Positions 43,040 to 52,335 of a stretch of DNA of 64,000 bases are shown here, in pieces. This DNA comes from a virus (Duplodnaviria; Caudoviricetes). Within the stretch, counting starts at the first letter, position 1, and every line of letters begins with the position of its first letter. The position numbers and the translations under genes were made by a program. Under the pieces are notes generated by a model, which was not told the origin of the DNA, did no database searches, and saw nothing but the letters and a program-made list of their open reading frames with translations. Location: positions 1,971 through 65,970 of IMG/VR virus record IMGVR_UViG_3300010376_000005. One strand, given 5' to 3'.

Positions 43040-45274
43040 TTATCCGTAGGATTCACTGTAGTCCTGCACGGCGTCCTTCAGCTTGATCCCGTAGAAGCTC
43101 CGACCATTCTTGTGGCTGCGGTCGCGGTTGAAGCCGAGCTTGCCCAGGCGGGTCGAGAACGAGTTGATGGTGCCGGGTTGGACGCTGGCGTTCAGGGCGT
43201 ACTGCTTCCAGGCGGGATAGAGGACGCCGACGCGGCTCTTGGCCATGGCGTCGCTGACGTCGCAGGCGTCCTCGATCCAGGACAGCATGCTATCGGCTTC
43301 GGCAAGGTAGTCCTCGGTGGCCGCCTTCACGGCGGCGGGTCGTTCGAGACCCTCGGCCTTCAACCGTTCGAGCCCCTCCATCTGCCATTTGAGGATGCCG
43401 GGCCCTTCGTCTCGGATCAGGCGGGCGACGAGATCCTGGTCGCGGTGCGCGTCATCGACGGTGGCGGAGAATTCGATGAGGTGGATGCGCCGCTTGATCG
43501 CCTCGTCGACGCTCTTCAGCGCAGGTTTGGCGTTGCCGGACATGATGAGCAGGGCGCTCGTGGTGAACTCGATGCTGTTCTCAGCCATCCCCCGCGCCCT
43601 GATCTTGTCGCCGCCCGTGATCGCCTTGACACGGGCCTCGTTCCATGTGGCGTCCTCAGGAACCTCGCTGGCGGTGACGAGGCGGGCGCCGCGCAGCGGC
43701 ATCAGCTCCTCAGTGTGTGGTTCCCAGCGCCGCTGGAGGAAGGTGCCGGCCATCATCGTGGCGGCGTAGTCGCCCATCACGCCCGCGAGCACCTGCAAGA
43801 ACACGCCTTTGCCGTTGGAGCCGGCGCCGAAAATGAACGCGAACATCTGCAGACGGCGCTCGCCGATGAGGGCGTAGCCGGCCAGCTTCTGCAGGTAGTG
43901 GATGAAATCGGGATCGCCGCCCGTCGCCCAGTCGAGGAACGCCAGCCATTGGGGACACTCGCCGCCGGGCGAAACCGCCGTGATCTTGGTCAGCAGATCG
44001 GCGCGCCGATGAGCGCGTCGGCGGGGCGTTCCCTGCAGATCCCAGGTCCCGTCAGGCGTGTTGAGCAGCCAGGGCTTAGCGTCGAGGTCGTCGATGCGGA
44101 TCAACCGCTTGAGCCGCAGTTGTGCGGCGATGGCGTTGAGCTTGGCATTGCTCATCAGCGCCAGTTCATCCTTGGCGCTTGCCTTGGGAATGATCTCGGC
44201 GTCGAGCCAGTCGCGCAGGCGGCCGAGGACGTGCAGTTCGCCCTGGTCGACCAAGCGCCGCCCGTCCCAGTCCAGCCAGCCGTTGGGCGAATAGCAACTG
44301 TTGTCGTCGATCGCCGCGAACATGGCGGCCAGGACGCTGTCGCCAATGCTGGCGAGCGTCCCTGCTGAAGGTGGTTTGAGGGCGAAGTCCGGCAGCGTCG
44401 CGGTGAGCGCTTCGAGGTCGGCGGGAGTGTGTTTTTCCAGGTAGTTCGAGCTGTCGCCCTTTAACGGGCATTCCGGCCACATCTGTCCCAGATCGAGCAC
44501 TCGTACGCGCCGGGCGACGGGCGCCAGATTCTCCGCCACGTTTTGGGCGTGGTCCTGGCCGGGGAACACGGGACGACCGTCTGGATGGCGTAGCAGCTCG
44601 CCTGTGGCGGCATTCTTCGACTGCGGGTCGTTGTCGGCGACGATGACGACGTCGGCGGTCTTGAAGAATTTGTTGTACGAGGCCTTCCATTTGCCGGCCC
44701 CGCCAGGGTGGGTGGTGGCGGCGAAGCCGGCGGCGCGCAGGTTGTCGACGTCCTTCTCGCCCTCCACGATATAGATGGTCTGACCGGCGGCGATGGCGGC
44801 GATCAGCTCAGGCAAGCGGTAGGGGATCAGCGTGATCCCCTTCATCGACCATATCCAGTCGCCCTTGCCGTCGGGGCGTCGCTGCCGAAAATCCTTGGGA
44901 TCTAGGCGGACGACCTGGAAGCGCAGCGCGCCCTCCTCATCGAGATAGCTGTAGATCGCGATGATCTTCGCGCGAGGCGCCGTATGGCCGTTCGACTTGG
45001 CTCCCCGCACCGGGTGCTTTTCGTCCAGCCACTTCATGGCCCCCTTAAGATCGGTGGCCTCACCCTGGCGGATGATGAGTTTGAGGGTGCCACCGCCGGT
45101 TCCGGCCTCGTTGTCGAAGAAGACGCCCTTCTCGCGATCGACGGCGAGCGAGCCGCGCGCGCCCCAGCGCAGCACTCTGCCATTGGAGAGGCCCCAGTTG
45201 GGTTCGCCGAGCAGCTCCAGGGCGACGGGCTCGATCAGGGCGCGGAGGTCTTCCTCACTGCGGTTGGAGGCCAC
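43040..45274 (-). CDS. TOPRIM primase fused to P4/D5-like SF3 helicase
   Basis: IVEGEKD..GGAGKW..DND TOPRIM; FGAGSNGKG Walker A; ITGGDKIRAR; GNAKP. Confidence 0.92.
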   Translation of the reverse strand: MASNRSEEDLRALIEPVALELLGEPNWGLSNGRVLRWGARGSLAVDREKGVFFDNEAGTGGGTLKLIIRQGEATDLKGAMKWLDEKHPVRGAKSNGHTAPRAKIIAIYSYLDEEGALRFQVVRLDPKDFRQRRPDGKGDWIWSMKGITLIPYRLPELIAAIAAGQTIYIVEGEKDVDNLRAAGFAATTHPGGAGKWKASYNKFFKTADVVIVADNDPQSKNAATGELLRHPDGRPVFPGQDHAQNVAENLAPVARRVRVLDLGQMWPECPLKGDSSNYLEKHTPADLEALTATLPDFALKPPSAGTLASIGDSVLAAMFAAIDDNSCYSPNGWLDWDGRRLVDQGELHVLGRLRDWLDAEIIPKASAKDELALMSNAKLNAIAAQLRLKRLIRIDDLDAKPWLLNTPDGTWDLQGTPRRRAHRRADLLTKITAVSPGGECPQWLAFLDWATGGDPDFIHYLQKLAGYALIGERRLQMFAFIFGAGSNGKGVFLQVLAGVMGDYAATMMAGTFLQRRWEPHTEELMPLRGARLVTASEVPEDATWNEARVKAITGGDKIRARGMAENSIEFTTSALLIMSGNAKPALKSVDEAIKRRIHLIEFSATVDDAHRDQDLVARLIRDEGPGILKWQMEGLERLKAEGLERPAAVKAATEDYLAEADSMLSWIEDACDVSDAMAKSRVGVLYPAWKQYALNASVQPGTINSFSTRLGKLGFNRDRSHKNGRSFYGIKLKDAVQDYSESYG

Positions 45275-45788
45275 GGCCTACCTCCCCCCGGCGACCTCCC
45301 GGTGTCTCGCCATCATCACGCGCCAGACCGGCTGCGCCGATGAGGGCGGCCTCGGCGCGGTCGATATCCTGTTTGCGCGCGAACAGCAGCGCGTGCCTGG
45401 GCCAACGGGCGACGGCTCGCGACCTCGCCACGTCCTTGTTCTCCTTGCCGGGCGGCACCCCGGCGAACCTTTTCCAGGTCGGCGGCGTCACCCAGACGAT
45501 CGGCAGATCGAAGGCGGCGGCGATGCCCTCAAGAACTCCCCTAGCGCGACCAAAGGCGAAGGCGGCGACCTTGGCGTCCGTGGGTCGCGCGGAAACGAAT
45601 TCTGCGTAGATCCGTTCGGCCCCGGCATGGGCGATGATCTCGGAGAGCAAAGGCGCGTTAGTGGCGTGCCGACCGTTCGCTTCTAGCAGTGACGGCATGT
45701 CAAAAACTTCAAGCAACTCACCGGACTCACTGAGCACGGCGACGGCTCCTTTTGCACCGAGATCAATACCGAGAACCCGCGCCGCCAT
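45255..45788 (-). CDS. ruvC: RuvC-like Holliday junction resolvase
   Basis: LGIDLGAKGA..AE..FGRARG..P.TWK..DRAEAALI; start MAARVLG. Confidence 0.8.
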   Translation of the reverse strand: MAARVLGIDLGAKGAVAVLSESGELLEVFDMPSLLEANGRHATNAPLLSEIIAHAGAERIYAEFVSARPTDAKVAAFAFGRARGVLEGIAAAFDLPIVWVTPPTWKRFAGVPPGKENKDVARSRAVARWPRHALLFARKQDIDRAEAALIGAAGLARDDGETPGGRRGEVGRGLQPQ

Positions 45789-45825
45789 TGTGCTAAACCT
45801 CAGAGGTACAAGCCCAGTAACAAGT

Positions 45826-45862
45826 CTTGACAAGCTCCGCTTGACAGGCGCCGCTTGACAGG
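45826..45862 (+). repeat. three CTTGACA direct repeats, 14-bp period
   Basis: TTGACA at 45827, 45841 and 45855. Confidence 0.7.
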
Positions 45863-45866
45863 GAAC

Positions 45867-46127
45867 TTAAGGTGCTCGGCCTGCTGCGGCGGCCGCCTCA
45901 GGGTGAGGTGGGTCGTAGAGGTCGGGACGAAGGCGCCAAGCGGGGATTCCAGTGAGAGCTGAAAGTTGTCGCACCCACTCAGCGGGGATGACGCGCCAGC
46001 CGCAGAGAGCTTGCTTGCTGATGCCTAGCTCGTTCGCGATCTCCGTCAGCCGGCCGCGATACTCAGCCCTGAACGCTACGACCGCCTTCTGCGCTGCTGG
46101 AGAGGGTACGCCGACGCGCTGTGCCAT
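45867..46127 (-). CDS. cro: Cro/YdaS-like transcriptional regulator
   Basis: IANELGISKQALCGW..IP..LRPDLY; divergent from the repressor. Confidence 0.8.
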   Translation of the reverse strand: MAQRVGVPSPAAQKAVVAFRAEYRGRLTEIANELGISKQALCGWRVIPAEWVRQLSALTGIPAWRLRPDLYDPPHPEAAAAAGRAP

Positions 46128-46171
46128 GGTCACGCCCTTGGTCGCTTTCGTCCGTCCCCACCCTTGTCCCA

Positions 46172-46188
46172 CTTACATTCGGCGTCAA
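46172..46188 (-). promoter_or_regulatory. TTGAC-N7-GTAAG motif in the cro/cI intergenic region
   Basis: CTTAC ATTCGGC GTCAA. Confidence 0.65.
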
Positions 46189-46202
46189 GTGGAGCCTGTC
46201 CA

Positions 46203-46835
46203 ATGTCCGTGAGGGGTGGCGGTCTCGATGGCGTTGGCGGTGGTGGCAAAGTCCGCGACAGCGCCACCAAAACAATTGGTCAGCGCATCGCTAGGGCGCG
46301 GGATAGCTACGGTCTGAGCCAAGTCCAATTAGCCGCCAATCTGGACGTCACGCGCGCGGCGGTCAGCCAGTACGAGAAGGACATCATCAGGCCTCGGGAC
46401 AAGGTGATCGAGACGCTGGCGGCGTTCTTCAAATGTGACCGCGAATGGTTCGAGCATGGTCGGGGCAAACAGCCCAGTCCAGCCGACGCGCCGATGGTTC
46501 TCCAAGAAATCAACGCCATGTACTTGTCGAAGGTGGGGACGACGATCGGCGATGCCGCCAGCGGTGGCGAGTGGCGTTTGCCTTTTGCGATTTTCGCCGG
46601 GGCGGGATTGTCCGTTCGCGATCACATCGCTGTGACCACCGCGCCCAACGCCGTGGGACCGATCCACAAGGGCGACAGGGTCGTGATTGACACTGGTCGT
46701 AGGAGGGGCGAAGGGGTCGTGCTCGTTGTCTCGGACGGAGGCCCTCGGCTTCTAAAAATCGGTCAGAGCACGAATGATCAGCACGCTACTGCACCGATCG
46801 TCGGGTACGTGATCGCCTTTTTGCGAACCCTGTAA
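46203..46835 (+). CDS. cI: CI-like repressor (XRE HTH plus degenerate S24-like domain)
   Basis: IGQRIARAR..GLSQVQLA..VTRAAVSQYEK; C-terminal IHKGDRVVID. Confidence 0.8.
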   Translation: MSVRGGGLDGVGGGGKVRDSATKTIGQRIARARDSYGLSQVQLAANLDVTRAAVSQYEKDIIRPRDKVIETLAAFFKCDREWFEHGRGKQPSPADAPMVLQEINAMYLSKVGTTIGDAASGGEWRLPFAIFAGAGLSVRDHIAVTTAPNAVGPIHKGDRVVIDTGRRRGEGVVLVVSDGGPRLLKIGQSTNDQHATAPIVGYVIAFLRTL

Positions 46836-46952
46836 GCGGACCGTGCTTTTCGACACTGCAAAATTCCGTCAATTTGCGCTTGACCGTACCCTCGATCGGG
46901 ACTTACGCTCCCCGTCAAGTTGAGTACTAGTATCGGGGATGGGGTGTAAGCC

Positions 46953-47207
46953 ATGCTCAGCCCGAAGACACCAGCATCGGCGTTAATCGACAGGATCCAA
47001 GAGCGCACCGATGATGGTGTGCGTGAGGCGATCCACACCGTCGAAGCATTGGGCGGCAAGGCCGCAGTCGATGACTTCTTGCAACACCATGTATCCTACG
47101 TAGCTGGTCTTGTGATTGCTACGTATGGGCAGGCGCGCGCCTGTAGGATGATGGCAGGTGGTCTTTTCGCTGCTGAGCACTATTCTTCTGAGGGTCTAGA
47201 GTGTTGA
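46953..47207 (+). CDS. hypothetical protein (lower GC)
   Basis: 84 aa. Confidence 0.5.
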   Translation: MLSPKTPASALIDRIQERTDDGVREAIHTVEALGGKAAVDDFLQHHVSYVAGLVIATYGQARACRMMAGGLFAAEHYSSEGLEC

Positions 47208-47208
47208 G

Positions 47209-48105
47209 ATGGACGAGCCCCACGGCAATGCGGGCACGCCGGAGGAACGCCGCACCGGCATAGGCGGCTCCGACGCCGCCGCCGCGCTGGGTCTGTCGCC
47301 ATGGCAGACACCTTACGATCTGTGGGAACAAAAGACCGGCCGCGCGCCGCCGATCGAGCAGACCGAACCCATGCTCTGGGGCCATTTGCTGGAAGATATC
47401 GTCCGCCGTGAGTACGCCCGCCGCACCGGCCTTGAGGCGCGCCCGGTCGCGGAGATGATCCGTCACCCCCATCGGTCGTGGATGTTCGCGCACCTCGATG
47501 GCGAGGTGCTCGGCTTGCCCCGAAAGGTAATTTTGGAGGTGAAGACCTCGCGCACCAGCCAGGGCTGGGGCGACGACGAAACCGACCAGATCCCGCTCCC
47601 CTACCTGATCCAGGCCCACCACAACATGTCGGTCGCCCAGGCTGAGGTCTGCGATGTCCCGGTGCTGATCGGCGGCAGTGATTTCCGCATCTACGTGGTC
47701 GTTCGCGATCCCCAGATCGAGCAGCAGCTCTTCGAGCGCGAGGCGGAGTTCTGGGAGTTCGTGACCCGAGATCAGCCGCCGCCGCCGACCACCGTGGAAG
47801 ATGCGGTGCGCCGCTGGGGTCACCTCGACGCCGAAGGTCAGGTCGTGGCCGGCAACGCCGAGATCGCCGCCGTGAAGACGTTGCGCCTCCTGCATCGACA
47901 GAAGGCTGCACTCACAGCGCTCGAAGAGAAGATGCGGCTCGTCGTCATGGAGGCGATGGGCGACGACGGCCTGCGCCTCGTCGACGGGTCTGGCGAGCTG
48001 CTGGTGACGTGGAAACTGGACAACGGCCGCAAGGGGTACACCGTGGCTGCAAAGGAGCCCTCGCGCCGTTTCCTGGTCAAGAACCTGGAGGACGCGGATG
48101 TCTGA
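47209..48105 (+). CDS. YqaJ-like viral recombinase exonuclease
   Basis: RRTGIGGSDAAA.LG.SPW..WGHLLE..AHLDG..LEVKT..Y..Q. Confidence 0.92.
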   Translation: MDEPHGNAGTPEERRTGIGGSDAAAALGLSPWQTPYDLWEQKTGRAPPIEQTEPMLWGHLLEDIVRREYARRTGLEARPVAEMIRHPHRSWMFAHLDGEVLGLPRKVILEVKTSRTSQGWGDDETDQIPLPYLIQAHHNMSVAQAEVCDVPVLIGGSDFRIYVVVRDPQIEQQLFEREAEFWEFVTRDQPPPPTTVEDAVRRWGHLDAEGQVVAGNAEIAAVKTLRLLHRQKAALTALEEKMRLVVMEAMGDDGLRLVDGSGELLVTWKLDNGRKGYTVAAKEPSRRFLVKNLEDADV

Positions 48106-49096
48106 CGAACTGCAGTCCAGCGGGAGTCTCGTCAGCAACCCGCTCGGCGCGACGGCGGTGGCGCCCGCGCACAGCGATCGCGAGGCGGCCGCCGAGGTCG
48201 CCGTTCAGCGCGAACTGGCTGAGGTGCAGGGCGCGGTGATCATGGCGCGCCGCTACCCGCGCAATCAGATCCGCGCGATGGACGTCATCCTGCAGGCCTG
48301 CACCCGCCCCTCGCTCGCCGAGCGGGCGTTGTACAACTACTCGCGCGGCGGCACCGAGATCAGCGGCGCGTCGATCCGCTTGGCCGAGGTGTGCGCCCAG
48401 GCGTGGGGCAACATCTCGTTCGGCATGCGCGAGGTCGAGCAGCGCGCCTACGCCGGCCGCCCTGGCGAAAGCACGATTGTCGCCTACGCCTGGGACCTGG
48501 AGACCAACGTGCGCGACGAGCGCGTCTTCCAGGTCAAGCACGAGCGCCATTCGCGCAGCGGCTCCTCCCGGCTGACCGACCCGCGCGACGTCTACGAACT
48601 GGTCGCCAACCAGGGCGCGCGGCGCCTGCGCGCCTGCATCCTGGCGGTGATCCCTGGCGACGTGGTCGAGGCGGCGGTCGAGCAGTGCGAGCAGACGATG
48701 CTGGCCAAGGCCGACACCTCGCCGGAGGCGGTCGGCAAGTTGGTGCAGGCGTTCACGCCGTTCGGCGTCACCCGCGAGATGATCGAGGCGCGGATCCAGC
48801 GCCGTATCGAGTCCATCCGCCCGGCCCAGATCGTGCAGCTCCGCAAGGTGTGGTCGTCGCTCAACGACAACATGTCCGTCGCCTCGGACTGGTTCGAGAT
48901 GGGCAAGCCCGCGGCAGCGGGCGGTGCGGCGGTGCCGGCTGAGCAGGCGGCGCTGCAGGGCAACGAGGGTCTGAAGGCGAAGTTGGGCGAGAAGGCCTCG
49001 CCAGCGCCTCAGGAGGCCCAGGCGTCGCTGCTGGAGAACGAGCACGTCGACGAGGATGGGGTCATCCACACCCGCGAACCCGGCGAGGAGGGCTGA
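48098..49096 (+). CDS. putative single-strand annealing partner of YqaJ
   Basis: Coupled to YqaJ; ARRYPR..RGG..ISGASIRLAE..AWDLETN; function inferred from position. Confidence 0.55.
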   Translation: MSDELQSSGSLVSNPLGATAVAPAHSDREAAAEVAVQRELAEVQGAVIMARRYPRNQIRAMDVILQACTRPSLAERALYNYSRGGTEISGASIRLAEVCAQAWGNISFGMREVEQRAYAGRPGESTIVAYAWDLETNVRDERVFQVKHERHSRSGSSRLTDPRDVYELVANQGARRLRACILAVIPGDVVEAAVEQCEQTMLAKADTSPEAVGKLVQAFTPFGVTREMIEARIQRRIESIRPAQIVQLRKVWSSLNDNMSVASDWFEMGKPAAAGGAAVPAEQAALQGNEGLKAKLGEKASPAPQEAQASLLENEHVDEDGVIHTREPGEEG

Positions 49097-49209
49097 TGGA
49101 TGCGCCCGATCCGTCTTGTCGCCGTCGAGGCGATCGACGCGGCTAGTCGGGGCGCGCCGCGTCCGAGCCTGCTGGCCCGGCTGTTCATGGCGCTGCGTCA
49201 GGTGCTGCG

Positions 49210-49440
49210 GTGAGCGGCTTCCCGCATCAGGGTCGACGGATATGGGTGATCACGGACCACCCGAGCGACTACCCGCACGACTTCGTGGCTCGCCTGTGGA
49301 TCGGCGACGAGGTGTCGGAGACCGACGTCATCTGCGCCCATAACCTTGGGGCGCTGCGCTCGATGCTCCACGCCAAGGGCTATCATCAGTATGCGCGACA
49401 CCCCAGCGATAAGCCCGAGATCGTGGAGTCTTGGATATGA
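49210..49440 (+). CDS. hypothetical protein, paralog of 16509..16742
   Basis: WVITDHPSDYPHDFVAR..DKPEIVESWI. Confidence 0.7.
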   Translation: MSGFPHQGRRIWVITDHPSDYPHDFVARLWIGDEVSETDVICAHNLGALRSMLHAKGYHQYARHPSDKPEIVESWI

Positions 49441-49661
49441 GGGGCTACGACTACGATCCCGCGTGCGAAGAACTCGCCGAGGTGTTCATCGACGATCCGC
49501 CCGAGCGCTCGCGGATCCTCGCGGTGGGCTTCACCCAGGACGACCTCGTCACCCTGCGGCATCGGCTGGCCCAGACGATCCAGGACGCGATCGAGGGCTG
49601 GTTCACGGCGCTGGAGGATGAGATCGCCGGGCGCCCTGGCCCGCTGCTGGAGGACAACTGA
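49437..49661 (+). CDS. hypothetical protein
   Basis: YDPACEELAEVF..LAQTIQDAIE.W. Confidence 0.6.
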   Translation: MRGYDYDPACEELAEVFIDDPPERSRILAVGFTQDDLVTLRHRLAQTIQDAIEGWFTALEDEIAGRPGPLLEDN

Positions 49662-49996
49662 TGGGCGAGGCCAAGCGCCGGCAGGAGCGCAACCGCGCCG
49701 TCTCCGATCAGATCGCCAAGGCCACCGCCGATCAGGGGCGGCTGATCGAGTTTGGCTGGTTCGCCGCGCAGCGCGTCCTGCAGTGGGACGGCAAGTCTGA
49801 GGCCGAGCGGCGCGACCTGCGTCTCGCCTTCTACACCGGCGCCCAGCACCTCTGGGGCTCGATCATGGGCCTGCTCGATCCTGGCGTCGTTGTCACCGAC
49901 GATGACCTGTCGCGCATGGATCTGATCGGCGAGGAACTGGACAGCTTTGCGCGCGAGATGACGGCCCTGCTGGGCGAGCCAGGGGGCCGATCGTGA
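49661..49996 (+). CDS. hypothetical protein (MGEAKRR N-terminus)
   Basis: AFYTGAQHLWGSI motif. Confidence 0.65.
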   Translation: MGEAKRRQERNRAVSDQIAKATADQGRLIEFGWFAAQRVLQWDGKSEAERRDLRLAFYTGAQHLWGSIMGLLDPGVVVTDDDLSRMDLIGEELDSFAREMTALLGEPGGRS

Positions 49997-50265
49997 GCGA
50001 CTACAACGAGGCGGCTGAGAGCTTCAGGGACGGTCTCCGCATAGCTGGGTTGTTTTACGCTGCTAGTGAGGCTCTGTACGAAATTGATGTGAACGTGCCG
50101 GGTAGTGATGGGAATTGGGAGGGGTGGAAGGGTACAAATATCAAGAACGTCTTAGCTTTGTTGAACACCGCTGATGAAATGATCAAGGCGCTACTTATCG
50201 AATTCGCCAAGCTTCCTGATGGTCCGCTGCCTCCAGAGCTGGTGGAGGAGATGAAACAGAAATAA
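49993..50265 (+). CDS. hypothetical protein, lower GC
   Basis: Many A/T-ending codons. Confidence 0.55.
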   Translation: MSDYNEAAESFRDGLRIAGLFYAASEALYEIDVNVPGSDGNWEGWKGTNIKNVLALLNTADEMIKALLIEFAKLPDGPLPPELVEEMKQK

Positions 50266-50562
50266 GACCGGCCAGGGCCCTCGTCGTCACCCAACAGCGA
50301 GGAACCCGACCGCCCTCGCCCGTTGCCCCCGCTGCGGGCGAGGGACCTCTTCCAAGGAGGACGACAATGGGAAAGCCATTAAAGGGACGACTCCGCAGGC
50401 GGTCAGCCAAGCACCGCGACCCTTTCGACCTGCCGTTCGGGGCCGATCCCCTTGACGGCCCCGTCGACGCCGGCCGGCGGCCGACGCCGCCGAAACTCAA
50501 GCGCCCCCGCAAGCCGGCCAAACCCGGCGCCCTGGCTCGTGCTCTGGCCCATCGACCCCGCC

Positions 50563-50790
50563 ATGCTCCCTAACAGCGTCCTGGGCGACCCGCGCGATCC
50601 TGACGCCCGCCCAGCCCAGTGTTCGCGGTGCGGCGCTCGGCTCGCGCCGGAGCGGGATCGGCCGCTCTACGTGTGCGGCAACGCCAGGGACGATGGGAGC
50701 TGCGACGTCTGGCAATACTGCCCCCGCTGTGAGGACGTGATCCTCGAAGCCATCCGGCGCGAGCATCCTGAGGTGTCAGGACGCACTTGA
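50563..50790 (+). CDS. small zinc-finger-like protein
   Basis: CSRCG..YCPRCE. Confidence 0.5.
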   Translation: MLPNSVLGDPRDPDARPAQCSRCGARLAPERDRPLYVCGNARDDGSCDVWQYCPRCEDVILEAIRREHPEVSGRT

Positions 50791-50829
50791 CGCGGATATA
50801 AGTTGATGTCAGGAAATGGAGCAATCCCT

Positions 50830-51033
50830 ATGAGGGAGGTGCGCTTTGTTCGGGTGAAGAGGTTCACCGAACTGACGGGTTTCACCCAGAAGGCGGTCTA
50901 CTGCAAGATCGCCGACGGGGTGTGGATGCAAAATCGTGAGTACCGGCGTGGGCCGGACAACTCAATTCTGATGGATCTGGAGGGGTATGAGAAATGGGCG
51001 CTAGGGCAGCAACAGGCACCGTCGAAAAGCTGA
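50830..51033 (+). CDS. xis: excisionase
   Basis: FTELTGFTQKAVYCKIADGVW..EY...PD..I..DLEGYEKW; overlaps the int start. Confidence 0.85.
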   Translation: MREVRFVRVKRFTELTGFTQKAVYCKIADGVWMQNREYRRGPDNSILMDLEGYEKWALGQQQAPSKS

Positions 51034-52181
51034 AGAACTCTATTCGAATTAAGTTTCGATGGAATGGTCAACGGTGCGCTGAAACTCTTGAGATTCCGCC
51101 AACGCCAAGGAACATCAAAGCAGCCGACGAGCTGCTAATTAACATCGTTGCTGAAATCAAAATCGGCAAATTCGACTATGCCCGCCACTTCCCCAACAGC
51201 CCCCGCGCCGCCGGGCAGCCGAAATCCGAGACCAAGACGTTCGCCGCGTTCGCCGAGGAGTGGCTGGCCACAGCGACGGTCAGCAAGGGGACGAAGAAGA
51301 AGTACATCGACGCGCTCAAGGTCTGGGGCCGAACCTTCGGCGCCATGCCGCTGACCGATGTGAAGCACATGAAGATCAAGGCGATCATCGCGGAGCGTTA
51401 CGATGACGGGCAAGGCGTGTCAGGCAAGACCCTCAACAATGATCTGATCCCTCTGCGCCATATGCTCGCCGCCGCCGTGCTGGACGGGCAGATCACCGTC
51501 TCGCCCGCCGCTGGGATCAAGAACCTGAAGCACCAGAAGCCGCTCATCGATCCGTTCACGGTCGAGGAGATGGAACTGATCCTGGCCTATCTGCGGGACC
51601 ACGCGCCGGTCGAGGTGTGGGCCTATTACGAGTTCGCCTTCCTGACCGGGTTGCGGCCCAGCGAGCAGATCATCGTCCGCTGGAGCAAGGTCGACTGGCG
51701 GCGGGCCACCCTGCGGATCGACACGGCGCGCACCTACGCCCAGGAGAAGGGCACCAAGACCTCGACCGTTCGCGAGATCGATCTGACGCCGCGGGCCATG
51801 GCCGTGCTGACGCGGATGAAGCCGTTCACGTTCATGAAGGGCGAGGAGACGCCGATCTTCCAGAACCCCGCCACCGGAGCGCCGTGGAACGATGCGGAGT
51901 ATCAGCGGACGACGTGGTTCCATCCGGCGCTTCGCAAATTGGGAATACGCAAGCGCGACGCCTACGCGACCCGGCACACCTTCGCGACCATCGCGCTGAT
52001 GGGCGGCGCCAACCCGGCGTACATCTCCCGGCAGATGGGTCACAAGAACGCGAAGATGCTTTTCGAGGTCTACGCCAAGTGGATCGACGGCGCCGACAAG
52101 GGTCGCGAGCGGGCCAAACTGGAAGCCGCTTTTGGTCCAGTTGGTCCACAGTTGGTCCAGAATGGCGAAAAAAGCCAATGA
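50994..52181 (+). CDS. int: tyrosine integrase with N-terminal arm-binding domain
   Basis: TGLRPSE, GTKT, YATRHTFAT, QMGH, YAKW. Confidence 0.95.
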   Translation: MGARAATGTVEKLKNSIRIKFRWNGQRCAETLEIPPTPRNIKAADELLINIVAEIKIGKFDYARHFPNSPRAAGQPKSETKTFAAFAEEWLATATVSKGTKKKYIDALKVWGRTFGAMPLTDVKHMKIKAIIAERYDDGQGVSGKTLNNDLIPLRHMLAAAVLDGQITVSPAAGIKNLKHQKPLIDPFTVEEMELILAYLRDHAPVEVWAYYEFAFLTGLRPSEQIIVRWSKVDWRRATLRIDTARTYAQEKGTKTSTVREIDLTPRAMAVLTRMKPFTFMKGEETPIFQNPATGAPWNDAEYQRTTWFHPALRKLGIRKRDAYATRHTFATIALMGGANPAYISRQMGHKNAKMLFEVYAKWIDGADKGRERAKLEAAFGPVGPQLVQNGEKSQ

Positions 52182-52320
52182 AATCAGTGCGGATGAGAGG
52201 ACTCGAACCTAATTTTGGGGGGTTTCAGGAGGATTACAGAGGAAAAATGCCGAACAAATTCAACATCGGTAATCCTCTGTTAACCTCCTCAATCCGCCAG
52301 TTGGTCCACGAGTTGGTCCA
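52132..52320. mobile_element. attP region: tRNA-like core flanked by arm-type repeats
   Basis: Core 52188-52210 reverse-complements to AGGTTCGAGTCCTCTCATCCGCA (T-arm plus acceptor of a tRNA starting GCGGATG); TTGGTCCA at 52132, 52141, 52152, 52301, 52313. Confidence 0.85.
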
Positions 52321-52335
52321 CGGAGACCCCATTTT

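Noticed and set aside
50787-50802. Extra TTGAC..TAAG motif upstream of xis
   Set aside because: Spacer is 6 nt and the right half is ATAAG; not counted, though it may be a degenerate copy.
52188-52210. tRNA gene
   Set aside because: Only the T-arm and acceptor 3' strand are present; treated as the attP core.
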